Assembly (NCBI GenBank): GCA_963666515.2
Contig: OY762897.2
Coordinates: forward strand, 224,001-288,000
DNA length: 64,000 nucleotides
Direction: 5' to 3'
Origin: Candidatus Binatia bacterium
Lineage (GTDB): Bacteria > Desulfobacterota > Binatia > UBA9968 > JAJDTQ01
A program made the position numbers and the translations under genes. Of this stretch, positions 33,025-43,093 are shown in pieces (positions within the stretch are counted from its first letter, which is position 1; each line of letters begins with the position of its first letter). A model generated the notes under the pieces. The model was not told the origin of the DNA and ran no database searches. It was given only the letters and a program-made list of their open reading frames with translations.

Positions 33025-33143
33025 GGCGGTCCAGGAAGCCGGAGTGGATTTGGCTCATGATCTCTTCTCTGCGAACGGGTGCGGCGAGCGCGGGCTCGGT
33101 TCACTCAGGGAGAACATTAAACTAGGCAATCGCCCCGCCGGAG

Positions 33144-34391
33144 TCAATCTTTGCCGGGATGAGGCCAGAGCCGCCGGTCGAAGCGGCGCATCCAGTCGAT
33201 CCCGGTGAGCCACACCGCCAGCACCGACACCAGCAGCAGCGCATTGGCCACGTTGAACGACACGATGTAGTTGCCGGTGAGGTCGTGCAGCGCTCCGCCC
33301 ATCCAGGCGCCGAGGCCGCCGCCGACGCCCACGCTCATCACCGAGAAACCGAAGATGGTCCCGAAGCCTCTGCCGGCGAAGATGTCCGCGGTAATCGCTG
33401 AGAGGATGACCGCGCGGGAGCCGAAGGCGATGCCGAAGCCGCCGACGTAGACGTAAAGCAGCCAGGGATGCTCGGTGTCCGTGGCCAGGGTGAGGGCCAG
33501 GACGCCGACGGCCGCGCAGGCTATGTTCAGGGTGTAGGCGGCGGTCTTGGTGAGCGCGTCCGCGAGGTAGCCGAAAGCCACCCGTCCGCCGGCGCTGACG
33601 AACGCCATGACGCCGAAGATCCCGGCGGCCCAGATGTGGCTGTAGCCGATGTCCACCACGTGGGCGACCTGATGGGTCACGATCAGCATGGTGCCCACCG
33701 ACCCCAGCATCCGGGAGATGAAGACGCTCCAGAACTGTATGCTTCGCAACGCCAGGGACGCCGACCACTCGCCAGCCCCGGCGCCGCCGCCGGCCCGGGA
33801 CGCGTCTCCCGTGCCTTGCGGGCTGGGCTGGTAGGTGCTCAGCACCAGCGGCATGATGACGATGAGTATCACCGCCGCCAGCACCTGGAACACCCGCGGC
33901 CAGCCCCACAGGGAGATCAGCCACTGGCTGACGGGCGAAAGGATCAGGGTGCCCACGCCCACGGCGCCGTAGACGATGCCCAGGACGAGGCCGCGGCGCG
34001 AAGGGAACCACTCCGACACCACCACCACGTGGGGGATCACGCCGGCGGTGGCGAACCCCAGCGACATCACTACCCCGAAGTAGAGATACAACTCCCAGGC
34101 GGTGCGGACCTGGCTGCACAGCACCAGGCCGGCGGCCAGCACGACGCTACCCGCCACCACCACCCGCCGCGGCCCCAGGCGGTCGGTGAGCCGTCCGATG
34201 AAGGGAGATACGATGGCGTCGGTCACCAGGTTTGCCGTCTGGAGCCCGGCGGTGACCCCCCGGCTCCAGTGGAAGGTGTCCAGGAGCGCCACGAAGAAGA
34301 CGCCGAAGGAGGTGTGGAGGCCGCGGATGAAGCCGAACGTCAGCGAAGCGGCGCCGGCGACGACCCACGGCTGGTTGGTTTGCGGGGTCAT
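33144..34391 (-). CDS. MFS transporter
   Basis: GRLTDRLGPRR motif A, EWFPSRRG, about 12 TM segments. Confidence 0.9.
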   Translation of the reverse strand: MTPQTNQPWVVAGAASLTFGFIRGLHTSFGVFFVALLDTFHWSRGVTAGLQTANLVTDAIVSPFIGRLTDRLGPRRVVVAGSVVLAAGLVLCSQVRTAWELYLYFGVVMSLGFATAGVIPHVVVVSEWFPSRRGLVLGIVYGAVGVGTLILSPVSQWLISLWGWPRVFQVLAAVILIVIMPLVLSTYQPSPQGTGDASRAGGGAGAGEWSASLALRSIQFWSVFISRMLGSVGTMLIVTHQVAHVVDIGYSHIWAAGIFGVMAFVSAGGRVAFGYLADALTKTAAYTLNIACAAVGVLALTLATDTEHPWLLYVYVGGFGIAFGSRAVILSAITADIFAGRGFGTIFGFSVMSVGVGGGLGAWMGGALHDLTGNYIVSFNVANALLLVSVLAVWLTGIDWMRRFDRRLWPHPGKD

Positions 34392-35755
34392 GGCGTCCCC
34401 CGGCTCCGTAGGGGCGACCCGCGGTCGCCCGCGGCCCAGAACGGCTGATTGCCCCGGCGTGTCATGGCCTCATCCGGCTCTGTAGGGGCGACCCGCGGTC
34501 GCCCACGACATGGCGGACGGACCGCCAGGACCAGAAACGCCGACAGCAGCAGCGCCGCGATGAAGACACCGAACGACAGGAGGTAGCTGCCCGTGTAGTC
34601 GTGGAAGAAGCCGAAGAAGGGCGGTCCCACCGTCGTGCCCGTGCGCGTGATCATGATGCCAAGGTTGCGCACCCGGCCCAGGGAGACGCGGCCGAAGTAG
34701 TTGGCCCATAGCAGCTCGCGGATCACCAGGATTCCGCCCAGGCCGAATCCGTAGATGACGAACCCCAGCGAGACCGGGACGAGCCCGGTGTACGCCAGGG
34801 CCAGCGCCAGGCCGCACGCCTGGAGGAGGAACTGGGCGGCGGCCGCCTTGCGCACGTCGATGCGCTCGCCCACCACGCCCCAGGCAAGGTTCCCCACCGT
34901 CTGCGTCAGCGCCATCATTCCCATGACCGTGGAGGCGATCTCGGGCGAGTATCCGATGTCCGTGATGTAGGGATGGATGTGCAGGTTCAACCCGATGATC
35001 CCGAACGTGACGGTGCCGTAGGTGACCACCAGCAGCCAGAACGTGCCGGTCCGGACCGCCTCCGCCCGCGTCCATGGGACATCCGCGGCGTGCGCCCGCG
35101 GGGCTTCCGGTCCCGGACTTTCGCCGGGAGAGGGCTGAGGGGGCGCCAGCGCGCCGTCCGGCTGAAGCCCTGTGTCTTCCGGGCTGCGCCGCACCAGCAG
35201 GAAGGCCGGCAGCACCACCATGGCCAGGGTCACCAAGCCGAACACCAACCAAGTGTTGCGCCATCCCACCAGCGCGAAGAGCCACACGGCCACCAGCGGG
35301 ATGCCGGCCTTGGCGATGCCGTTGCCCATGTTGGCGATGGAGATGGCGCGGCCCCGCTTGTGGATGAACCAGCGTGAGATCATCACGTTGATCACCATGT
35401 AGCCCATCAGGGTGTCGCCCACGGTGACAGGCAGCCAGCGGACGACCATGAATTGCCAGAACTCGTGCGCCTGACTCAGCAGGATGTATCCAGCCCCCGC
35501 CACCACGGCGCCGGTCACGATCAGCCAGCGGGCGCCGTAGCGGTCGATGAGGGGACCCACCAGGAACGCGATCACCGAGGAAAACATGACCTCGCCGCTG
35601 CGGATGAACGAGAAGACGCCGCGGGAGACCCCGAACTCCGCGGTAAGGGGTTTCATGAACACGCTGAGGGTGCTGGACAGTGCGAAGGACGAGGTCAGGT
35701 AGCAGATGAAGGCAACGCCGACGATGTACCAGCCGTAGAAGAACTTTCGGGTCAC
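34388..35755 (-). CDS. MFS transporter with REP-derived C-terminal tail
   Basis: FFYGWYIV, GPLIDRYGAR, ANYFGRVSLG. The tail runs through two REP copies. Confidence 0.88.
   Translation of the reverse strand: MTRKFFYGWYIVGVAFICYLTSSFALSSTLSVFMKPLTAEFGVSRGVFSFIRSGEVMFSSVIAFLVGPLIDRYGARWLIVTGAVVAGAGYILLSQAHEFWQFMVVRWLPVTVGDTLMGYMVINVMISRWFIHKRGRAISIANMGNGIAKAGIPLVAVWLFALVGWRNTWLVFGLVTLAMVVLPAFLLVRRSPEDTGLQPDGALAPPQPSPGESPGPEAPRAHAADVPWTRAEAVRTGTFWLLVVTYGTVTFGIIGLNLHIHPYITDIGYSPEIASTVMGMMALTQTVGNLAWGVVGERIDVRKAAAAQFLLQACGLALALAYTGLVPVSLGFVIYGFGLGGILVIRELLWANYFGRVSLGRVRNLGIMITRTGTTVGPPFFGFFHDYTGSYLLSFGVFIAALLLSAFLVLAVRPPCRGRPRVAPTEPDEAMTRRGNQPFWAAGDRGSPLRSRGTP
34408..34504 (+). repeat. Two identical family B REP copies in a 74-bp-period duplication
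   Basis: GTAGGGGCGACCCGCGGTCGCCC at 34408-34430 and 34482-34504. Confidence 0.85.
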
Positions 35756-35892
35756 GATATCGAGTTGGTTTACTGGTGTGTCGCAGGAATGGCAACCGGT
35801 CGGACGCCACCTTGGGAAGCGAAAAACGTATCACAAAAGAGAATAACAGTTCGATTTTTGCGAATAATGAACCAATTATCCGTCAGAATTGC

Positions 35893-35921
35893 TTGACAGG
35901 GTAGCCCCGGACGCTTAAATT
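35893..35921 (+). promoter_or_regulatory. Near-consensus sigma70 promoter
   Basis: TTGACA-17-TAAATT in an AT-rich intergenic region. Confidence 0.65.
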
Positions 35922-35974
35922 GCATCAGGAACAAAGGGAAAAGAAAAGGTGGCAAGGGAACCGGTTTCAGTCTA

Positions 35975-36436
35975 ATGGAACGGACGGTACCAGCAATGAG
36001 CGAAGAAACGAAAGCCACAGTCCTTGTGTCTCAGGCCGGCGGGTCCGGCGGCGACGGCCCGGCTCGGCAGCGCGCGATGGCCGACGCCTTCGATGCGGTG
36101 ACGTTGTTCGACGCCGACGGCGTGGACGCCGCCCAGTACACGGACACGATCCAGCGGAAGACGCCGCTCGAGCCCGAGAAGCACCTGCTCCTCGCCGTCC
36201 TCGAGGACGCTCTCGCCTGTTACCGAAAGAACGTCTTTGCCCGGACCGCCAAGAAGCAGGCAGCCTATCGGGACGCGGAGGAATGGATCTTCGCCACGGA
36301 CGACGAACGCTTTCTCGGCTTCGAGTCCGTTTGCGGGGTGCTGGGAATCGAGCCCAGCTACCTGCGCCGGGGCCTCGTGGAGTGGAAGAGGCGGAAGGTC
36401 AAGGCCCGCGCCAACGCTCCGGCCGAAGCGGCCTGA
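35975..36436 (+). CDS. Conserved hypothetical protein
   Basis: Typical codon usage and its own promoter. Motif PEKHLLLAVLEDA...AEEWI...F..VC..LGIEP.YLR.GL. Start may be 35996. Confidence 0.75.
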   Translation: MERTVPAMSEETKATVLVSQAGGSGGDGPARQRAMADAFDAVTLFDADGVDAAQYTDTIQRKTPLEPEKHLLLAVLEDALACYRKNVFARTAKKQAAYRDAEEWIFATDDERFLGFESVCGVLGIEPSYLRRGLVEWKRRKVKARANAPAEAA

Positions 36437-36445
36437 GACAGGACA

Positions 36446-38092
36446 CTATCCTTCGTCTTTCTTGAACTCGGTGCGCAGCTCGGACGCGAGCCGCCCCAGC
36501 CGGTACGTCTTCCAGTCGATGAACCTGGCGTAACCCGCCAGCCTCGGGTGCGCCGCGCTGATCTGACGCCACATGTCCTGGGTGATCAGGCGGTAGTCGG
36601 GATGTCCTTGCGGCATGGTCCGCAGCTCGCCGACGTGCACCGCCTCCCGCAGGTTCATCTTCATGTACCACCGCGTGCGATAAGCGAACGGCACCACGTA
36701 TTGCGCCTCCCTGGGATGGTCCGCGCGGAGCCGTTCGTGGACCTCGGCCGCCCGCTCCATGCAGCGGCGGTAGTCGCCGTCGAATCCCGCCTCGGCGATC
36801 TCCGGCGGCGTGTCGTAGCCGTGCACGGTGGTGAAGTCCTGGCGTTCCTGGGTGAGCAGGCGGTGCCGCTGCAGGTCGCGGTAGGCGCCGAGGTTGCCTG
36901 TGATGTCGAAGGTGTAATAGACCTGCTCCAGCGCGCGGCCGGGTTTCTCGCGCCGGTGCCGCCGGCCCTTCATGTAGGCGTCGAGCACGGCCTGCCTGCG
37001 TTCGTCCGGCAGGCGCGCCGCCAGCTCCCGCAACTGCGGCAGCGGATGCGTCGCATGGGGGTAGAGGATGGCGGCGATGATCCTCTCTTCCGCCCGCTCG
37101 TCGTAGTCCACCAGCGTCACCGACGGTCCCTCGCGCACCGGTTCCGTCACCAGCTCCCGCGCCAGCGCGCGCACGTCGCCGAAGGTCTCCGACAGGTAGG
37201 GGCTGGGCCGGGCTCGTTTCACGAAGGACGGGATCAGCATGTCCAGCTCCCGGCGCATGGCGGCGCCGAGGTCGCGCAACTCCGCGAGATCGCTGGAGTA
37301 GCATTTCGACAGCAGGTACTCGAAAGCCTGCCCGACCCCGAAAAGCCCCACGTTGGTGCGGGTCGCCGCCGGCAGGTAGCCCCGCAGGATGTCGCAGGCG
37401 TGGGCGCGCACGGTGGAGCGGTAGGCGGTCTCGGCCCAGCGGGCCAGCTTCTCGTCCTTGCGCGCCTCCGCGTAGGTGACGGTGTCGCCGGTGCCGGGGT
37501 GCCGCAGTTCCGTTTCCTCCAGCGGGACGGACTTCCGCACGTGCGCGATCATGGGCTCCATCTGCCGCGAGTAGGTCTCGAACAGGAGCTCCATCAGCTC
37601 CAGGTAGTCCCGCCCGTGCCTCGATTCGGCCAGCGCCGGCTCGACGAAGAACAGGTGCCGGCCGGAGGAGTCCTTGCGGTCGAAACGCACGTAGCGGGTG
37701 GACTTCTCCAGCGGCGCCATGCCGATCCGTGCGTCCTCCAGGACCTTGGCGGCGACGTTGGAGATTCCTTCGCAGGCGATATGGGCGCCTCCGAGTTGGG
37801 CCACCGAGTCGTCGCCGTACCCCACCAGCACGCGGTCGTAGAAGGCGCGCGCACGGCGCACCGCCGGGTCGTCGCCCGCGGCCGATCCCGGCGCGTCCAG
37901 GACCGCGGAGAGATCGGCGTCGCCGAGAAATTCGTCGAGGAACGTGCTCCGGAGGTCCCTGGCCGAGCGGCTGTAGCGGGAAAAGAGCGCCCCGGCCACC
38001 TCCTGCGGCAGCCTCAGGCCGAAGACCGGCCGGTCCGCATTGGTGAAGAAGGGGGCGAGTCGCTCGCGCTCGGCCGGAGTGAAGTTTTCCAT
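36446..38092 (-). CDS. thyX: FAD-dependent thymidylate synthase, tandem two-domain type
   Basis: YGDDSVAQL, EKSTRYV, RGYLPAAT, RDLQRHR, NLRE...ELR...GH..YR. Confidence 0.88.
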   Translation of the reverse strand: MENFTPAERERLAPFFTNADRPVFGLRLPQEVAGALFSRYSRSARDLRSTFLDEFLGDADLSAVLDAPGSAAGDDPAVRRARAFYDRVLVGYGDDSVAQLGGAHIACEGISNVAAKVLEDARIGMAPLEKSTRYVRFDRKDSSGRHLFFVEPALAESRHGRDYLELMELLFETYSRQMEPMIAHVRKSVPLEETELRHPGTGDTVTYAEARKDEKLARWAETAYRSTVRAHACDILRGYLPAATRTNVGLFGVGQAFEYLLSKCYSSDLAELRDLGAAMRRELDMLIPSFVKRARPSPYLSETFGDVRALARELVTEPVREGPSVTLVDYDERAEERIIAAILYPHATHPLPQLRELAARLPDERRQAVLDAYMKGRRHRREKPGRALEQVYYTFDITGNLGAYRDLQRHRLLTQERQDFTTVHGYDTPPEIAEAGFDGDYRRCMERAAEVHERLRADHPREAQYVVPFAYRTRWYMKMNLREAVHVGELRTMPQGHPDYRLITQDMWRQISAAHPRLAGYARFIDWKTYRLGRLASELRTEFKKDEG

Positions 38093-38127
38093 GGAGATTG
38101 GGGGAGAATATCGGTTGTCAGGTCAAA

Positions 38128-38154
38128 ATCCAAACAATGAATATCCAAACAATG
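38128..38154. repeat. 12-bp direct repeat in the thyX/tkt divergent region
   Basis: ATCCAAACAATG at 38128-38139 and 38143-38154. Confidence 0.7.
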
Positions 38155-38269
38155 CGGCGAAAACCGGCCAAATCACGCGGCGCGCGTTGTGTGCAGACCG
38201 GATCATCTGGCAAACTTGGACCGTGAGACTGCGGGAGAGAAGGTCACGAATCCACGGAGCTTACCGTCC

Positions 38270-40333
38270 ATGAACGACGCCGGCCTCGACGAGCTTTGCA
38301 TCAACACCATCCGCACCCTTTCCATCGACGGGGTGCAGCAGGCCAACTCCGGCCACCCGGGCACGCCCATGGCCATGGCCCCGGTGGCGTACTGCCTGTG
38401 GCAGCGTTTCCTGCGGTTCGATCCCGACGACCCCATCTGGCCCAACCGGGACCGCTTCGTGCTGTCCGCGGGCCACGCGTCCATGCTGCTGTACTCGATG
38501 CTCCACCTGACCGGGGTCAAGGCGGTCAGCAAGGACTACGAGACCCTGGGCGACCTGTCGGTTCCGCTGGAGGCCCTCAAGCAGTTCCGGCAACTGGACA
38601 GCCGCTGTCCCGGGCACCCGGAGTACCGCTGGACCTCGGGTGTGGAGACCACCACCGGGCCCCTCGGCCAGGGCGTGGCCACCAGCGTGGGCATGGCCAT
38701 CGCCGGGCGCTGGATGGCCGCCCGCTACAACCGTCCCGGCTTCGAGGACCTCGTCGACTTCGACGTCTACGCCCTGTGCGGCGACGGCTGCATGATGGAG
38801 GGGGTGTGCAACGAGGCCGCCTCGCTGGCCGGACACCTGAAGCTGTCCAGGCTGTGCTGGATCTACGACAACAACCGCATCACCATCGAGGGCCACACCG
38901 CGCTGGCGTTCTCCGACGACGTCGCCACCCGTTTCCTGGGCCACGGATGGAACGTGGTCCGGGTGGGCGACGCCAACGACCTGGAGATGCTGGAGCGGGC
39001 GTTCCGCACGTTTCGCGACACCACGGACCGCCCGACCCTCCTGATCGTGGACAGCCACATCGGCTACGGCTCCCCCAACAAGCAGGACACCAGCGGCGCC
39101 CACGGCGAGCCTCTGGGCGTGGAGGAGGTCCGGCTCACCAAGAAGCGCTACGGCTGGCCGGAGGACGCGCAGTTCCACGTCCCTGACGGCGTCCGGGAGC
39201 ACTTCCGGGAGGGCACGGGAGACCGCGGCAAGTCCCTGCGCAACGCCTGGTTCGCCCGCCTCGACGGCTATCGCGCCCGCTATCCCGAGCTGGCGGACGA
39301 GCTTTACCGGATGCAGCACCGCCAGCTCCCCGAGGGGTGGGACAGGGACCTGCCGGAGTTTCCCGCGGACGCCAAGGGGCTCGCGGGCCGCGACGCCTCG
39401 GGCAAGGTGCTCAACGCGCTGGCGCAGAACGTCCCGTGGCTCATGGGCGGAGCGGCCGATCTGGCGCCGTCCACCAAGACCCGGCTGACCTTCGAGGGCG
39501 CCGGAGACTTCTCGGCCGAGGACCCCGCCGGGCGCAACCTCCATTTCGGCGTCCGGGAGCACGCCATGGCGTCGGTCATGAACGGCATGGCGCTGGTGAA
39601 GGTGCGCGCCTACGGGTCGGGCTTCCTGATCTTCAGCGACTACGCCCGGGGCGCCATCCGCCTGAGCGCGCTCATGGAGCTGCCGGTGATCCACGTCTTC
39701 ACCCACGACTCCATCGGCGTTGGGGAGGACGGGCCCACACACCAGCCGGTGGAGCACTTGGCCTCGCTCCGCGCGGTGCCGGGGCTGATGGTGATGCGGC
39801 CGGCGGACGCCAACGAGGTGCGGGCCGCCTGGAAGGTCATCATGGAGCTGCACCACGAGCCCGCGGCGCTGGTGGTGACGCGGCAGGCGCTGCCGACCCT
39901 GGACCGGAGCCGGTACGCTTCCGCGGACGGCGTCGCCCGGGGCGCCTACGTGCTGGCCGACGCTCCCGACGGCAAGCCCGACGTCCTGCTCCTCGCCACC
40001 GGCAGCGAGGTCTCGCTGTGCGTGGAGGCCCACGAGGCGCTGGCCGCGCAGGGAGTCAAGTCCCGGGTGGTGAGCATGCCCTGCTGGGAGCTGTTCGACG
40101 ACCAGGACGAAGAGTACCGGAACGGCGTGATCCCGCCGGAGGTGGCGGCCCGGGTGTCGGTGGAGCAGGCATCGGTGTTCGGCTGGACCAAGTACACCGG
40201 CATCGGCGGACACCAGATCGGCATGCGGTCCTTCGGAGCTTCGGCGCCGCTCAAGGACCTGCAGAAGAAGTTCGGCTTTACTGCGGACGACGTGGTGGCC
40301 GCTGCCAGGGAGCAGATCGCGCGTACGCGGTAG
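38270..40333 (+). CDS. tkt: Transketolase
   Basis: SGHPG, NRDRFVLSAGH, TTGPLGQG, GDGCMMEG, GVREHAM, EDGPTHQP. Confidence 0.97.
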   Translation: MNDAGLDELCINTIRTLSIDGVQQANSGHPGTPMAMAPVAYCLWQRFLRFDPDDPIWPNRDRFVLSAGHASMLLYSMLHLTGVKAVSKDYETLGDLSVPLEALKQFRQLDSRCPGHPEYRWTSGVETTTGPLGQGVATSVGMAIAGRWMAARYNRPGFEDLVDFDVYALCGDGCMMEGVCNEAASLAGHLKLSRLCWIYDNNRITIEGHTALAFSDDVATRFLGHGWNVVRVGDANDLEMLERAFRTFRDTTDRPTLLIVDSHIGYGSPNKQDTSGAHGEPLGVEEVRLTKKRYGWPEDAQFHVPDGVREHFREGTGDRGKSLRNAWFARLDGYRARYPELADELYRMQHRQLPEGWDRDLPEFPADAKGLAGRDASGKVLNALAQNVPWLMGGAADLAPSTKTRLTFEGAGDFSAEDPAGRNLHFGVREHAMASVMNGMALVKVRAYGSGFLIFSDYARGAIRLSALMELPVIHVFTHDSIGVGEDGPTHQPVEHLASLRAVPGLMVMRPADANEVRAAWKVIMELHHEPAALVVTRQALPTLDRSRYASADGVARGAYVLADAPDGKPDVLLLATGSEVSLCVEAHEALAAQGVKSRVVSMPCWELFDDQDEEYRNGVIPPEVAARVSVEQASVFGWTKYTGIGGHQIGMRSFGASAPLKDLQKKFGFTADDVVAAAREQIARTR

Positions 40334-40369
40334 CAGCGGGTCCCAAACCGCCCGCGGCCTGGAGGAAAC

Positions 40370-41506
40370 ATGAACCCGTTGAGAGAGTTGAACGAGCAGG
40401 GGCAGTCGGTGTGGCTGGACTTCATCCAGCGGAAGCTCCTCACCGGCGGCGAGTTGAAGCGGCTGGTGGAGGAGGACGGGCTCAAGGGCGTCACGTCCAA
40501 TCCGGCCATCTTCGAGAAGGCCATCGCGGACAGCGACGACTACGACGACGTGATCGCGCGCATGGCGGGCGACGGCGCGGCGGAACCCAAAGCGGTCTAC
40601 GAGGCCATCGCCACCCGTGACATCCAGGAGGCGGCGGACGTGTTGCGGCCGGTGTACGACGAGACCGGGCGGCGCGACGGCTACGTCAGCCTGGAGGTGT
40701 CGCCGTACTTGGCCCATGACACCGAGGGGACGGTGGCGGAGGCGCGGCGGCTGTGGAACGCGGTGTCGCGGGACAACCTGCTGATCAAGGTGCCGGGCAC
40801 GCCCGAGGGGGTGCCGGCCATCGAGCGGTTGATCGGCGAGGGCATCAGCGTCAACGTGACGCTGCTGTTTGCAAGGGAAGCCTACGAGCAGGTGGCCCAG
40901 GCCTACATCCGGGGTCTTGCCAGGGCCGCGGCCGACGGCCTGGACGTGGGCCGCATCGCCAGCGTGGCGAGCTTCTTCATCTCGCGCATCGACACGCTGG
41001 TGGACGACACCATCGAGAAGAAGCTCGAAAACGTTGACGACGACGCCGGAAAGGAGCGCCTCCGGGCGCTCAAGGGCAAGGTCGCTGTCGCCAACGCCAA
41101 GCTCACCTACAAGCGCTACAAGGAGATCATGCAGGGCGAGGGCTGGCAGGCCCTGTCCGGCAGGGGGGCACGGCCCCAGCGGCTCCTGTGGGCCAGCACC
41201 AGCACCAAGAACCCCGACTACCCGGACGTGCTGTACGTCGACGAGCTGGTCGGCCAGGACACGGTGAACACCATCCCGCCCGCGACCCTGGACGCGTTCC
41301 GCGACCACGGCCGGGTCCGCAACAGCCTGGAGGAGGACGTCGAAGGCGCTGCCGGGACCATGGAGGCGCTGGAGCGGGCGGGCGTGTCCATGAAGGAAGT
41401 CACGGACAAGCTGCTGGAGGAGGGGGTGCGGCTCTTCTCGGAGGCCTTCGACAAGCTGTTGGAGGCGGTCGAGGAGGAGTGCCGGAAGGCGGCGGACCGT
41501 GGGTGA
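40370..41506 (+). CDS. tal: Transaldolase (long type)
   Basis: [46 protein letters not shown]. Confidence 0.95.
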   Translation: MNPLRELNEQGQSVWLDFIQRKLLTGGELKRLVEEDGLKGVTSNPAIFEKAIADSDDYDDVIARMAGDGAAEPKAVYEAIATRDIQEAADVLRPVYDETGRRDGYVSLEVSPYLAHDTEGTVAEARRLWNAVSRDNLLIKVPGTPEGVPAIERLIGEGISVNVTLLFAREAYEQVAQAYIRGLARAAADGLDVGRIASVASFFISRIDTLVDDTIEKKLENVDDDAGKERLRALKGKVAVANAKLTYKRYKEIMQGEGWQALSGRGARPQRLLWASTSTKNPDYPDVLYVDELVGQDTVNTIPPATLDAFRDHGRVRNSLEEDVEGAAGTMEALERAGVSMKEVTDKLLEEGVRLFSEAFDKLLEAVEEECRKAADRG

Positions 41507-42173
41507 GAGCGTCAAGATCCTTCCGTCGATCCTCTCGGCGGATTTCTGCAATCTCGGACGGCAGATCGCGGAGGTGGACGAGGCCGGGGCGGACGCCATC
41601 CACGTGGACGTGATGGACGGCCGCTTCGTGCCCAACATCACCATCGGCCCGCTGCTGGTGGAGGCGGCCCGGCGCAGCACCGCGCTGCCGCTGGACGTGC
41701 ACCTGATGATCGTGGAGCCGGAGCGCTACCTGGAGGATTTCGCCAAGGCCGGCGCCGATACCCTCCTCGTGCACCAGGAAGCGTGCCCGCACCTCCACCG
41801 CACGGTGCAGCAGATCAAGTCGCTGGGCAGCAAGGCCGGGGTGGTGCTCAACCCCGCCACGCCGCTGGCGACGCTGGATGAGGTCCTGCCGGAACTGGAC
41901 CAGATCCTCATCATGAGCGTGAACCCCGGGTTCGGCGGCCAGAGCTTCATCGAGAGCAGCGTGGACAAGCTGCGCCGCCTCAAACGCATGCTCGACGAGC
42001 GCGGCCTGGAGACGCCCATCGAGATCGACGGCGGCGTGGGTCCCGACAACGCCGCCCGGGTGGTGGCCGCGGGCGCCACGCTGCTGGTGGCCGGCTCCTC
42101 GGTCTACAAGGCTCCGGGCGGCGCCGCGGAAGGCGTCCGCCGGCTGCGCTCCAGCATCCCATCCGGCCTGTAG
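41499..42173 (+). CDS. rpe: Ribulose-phosphate 3-epimerase
   Basis: [34 protein letters not shown]. Confidence 0.97.
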   Translation: MGESVKILPSILSADFCNLGRQIAEVDEAGADAIHVDVMDGRFVPNITIGPLLVEAARRSTALPLDVHLMIVEPERYLEDFAKAGADTLLVHQEACPHLHRTVQQIKSLGSKAGVVLNPATPLATLDEVLPELDQILIMSVNPGFGGQSFIESSVDKLRRLKRMLDERGLETPIEIDGGVGPDNAARVVAAGATLLVAGSSVYKAPGGAAEGVRRLRSSIPSGL

Positions 42174-42198
42174 CCGGCAGGGAGGCAACCTGTTCGGG

Positions 42199-42221
42199 GT
42201 AGGGGCGACCCGCGGTCGCCC
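42199..42221 (+). repeat. REP family B copy between convergent genes
   Basis: Identical 23-mer to 34408-34430. Confidence 0.85.
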
Positions 42222-42231
42222 CTGAGGGGGG

Positions 42232-43041
42232 TCACCGCGGAGGCCACGACAGCTCCAGCCGCGCCGTTCCCGATCCCACCACGACCCGCCGCGACACCGT
42301 ACCCAGCCTCTCGTGCCAGAAGCGCGCCTCGTAGGTCCCCGGCGGAATCCGGTCGATGGCGTAGCGGCCCCGGGAGTCGGTCACCGCAAAGAACGAATTC
42401 GACGTCACCACGATGTAGGCGCTCATCCAGGCGTGGTGCAGCTCGCAGATGATCCGCATCACTCCGGGTCGGTGGAGGGTCCTGGTCACCCGGCGCCACC
42501 GTGGCAGGCCGTCGTTGAACAGGGTCCGTGGCCCGATCCGTGCGTGCGCGTCGTGGAGTATGACGTCACTGTTCAGGAGCAGGAGGGTGCTGCCTGCCGG
42601 CGCGGCCTGCACGTGGGGCGCGAACCGGCAACCGATGTTGTCGAGCTGGATGCTGCGTGGCGGTGGCGTCCGCAGATCGAGGCCCGGCCCGTGCAGGGTG
42701 ACCACGACGTTTTTCAGGGCGCCGTCGGAAGCCGCCACGAGGCTCTGGTCGGGCACCATGGAGCCGCAGAATGCCTGTTCCTTGTAGACCCGCAGGACCC
42801 CGGGAGGGGGCGGCGGGCCGGAGAGGCGTACGGCGCCGGCAAGGGTTCCGGTCTTGTCGGAGAGGGTGCGCGGCGCGGTGAGGCGGCCTCCGGGCTGTCC
42901 CGCGGCGTACCCGGTCACGAACCAGAAGGCGGCCAGCGCCAGCCCCGCGGCGAGTGCCCGGCGGGGCCTCGGAAAAACAAAATCGGGAAGGCCCTTGCGG
43001 ACCTTCCCGATTCGACTGACGTAGGCTGTTGCCGTGTTCAT
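42232..43041 (-). CDS. Exported cupredoxin-like protein with carboxypeptidase-regulatory-like domain
   Basis: Hydrophobic signal, GCRFAPHV, NSDVILH, CELHHAWM, IPPGTY..RFWHERLG. Confidence 0.65.
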   Translation of the reverse strand: MNTATAYVSRIGKVRKGLPDFVFPRPRRALAAGLALAAFWFVTGYAAGQPGGRLTAPRTLSDKTGTLAGAVRLSGPPPPPGVLRVYKEQAFCGSMVPDQSLVAASDGALKNVVVTLHGPGLDLRTPPPRSIQLDNIGCRFAPHVQAAPAGSTLLLLNSDVILHDAHARIGPRTLFNDGLPRWRRVTRTLHRPGVMRIICELHHAWMSAYIVVTSNSFFAVTDSRGRYAIDRIPPGTYEARFWHERLGTVSRRVVVGSGTARLELSWPPR

Positions 43042-43093
43042 GTTTCCGGGAAGTCCTCGGGACCGTCCCGGAGCGGCGCAAGCGCCGACGGTT

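Noticed and set aside
33014-33058. 14-codon minus-strand ORF (MSQIHSGFLDRRDP) overlapping the MFS start, as a leader peptide or frameshift
   Set aside because: No further support; the MFS gene is complete from GTG 33024.
34367-34504. Repeats considered as a mini-CRISPR
   Set aside because: Only two REP-type units, spacers are homologous to each other, and no cas genes are present.
38261-41680. 1139-aa antisense ORF, and similar long ORFs such as 51796-54480, 61419-63827 and 1518-3869
   Set aside because: High-GC shadow frames over clear genes, with no recognisable domains.
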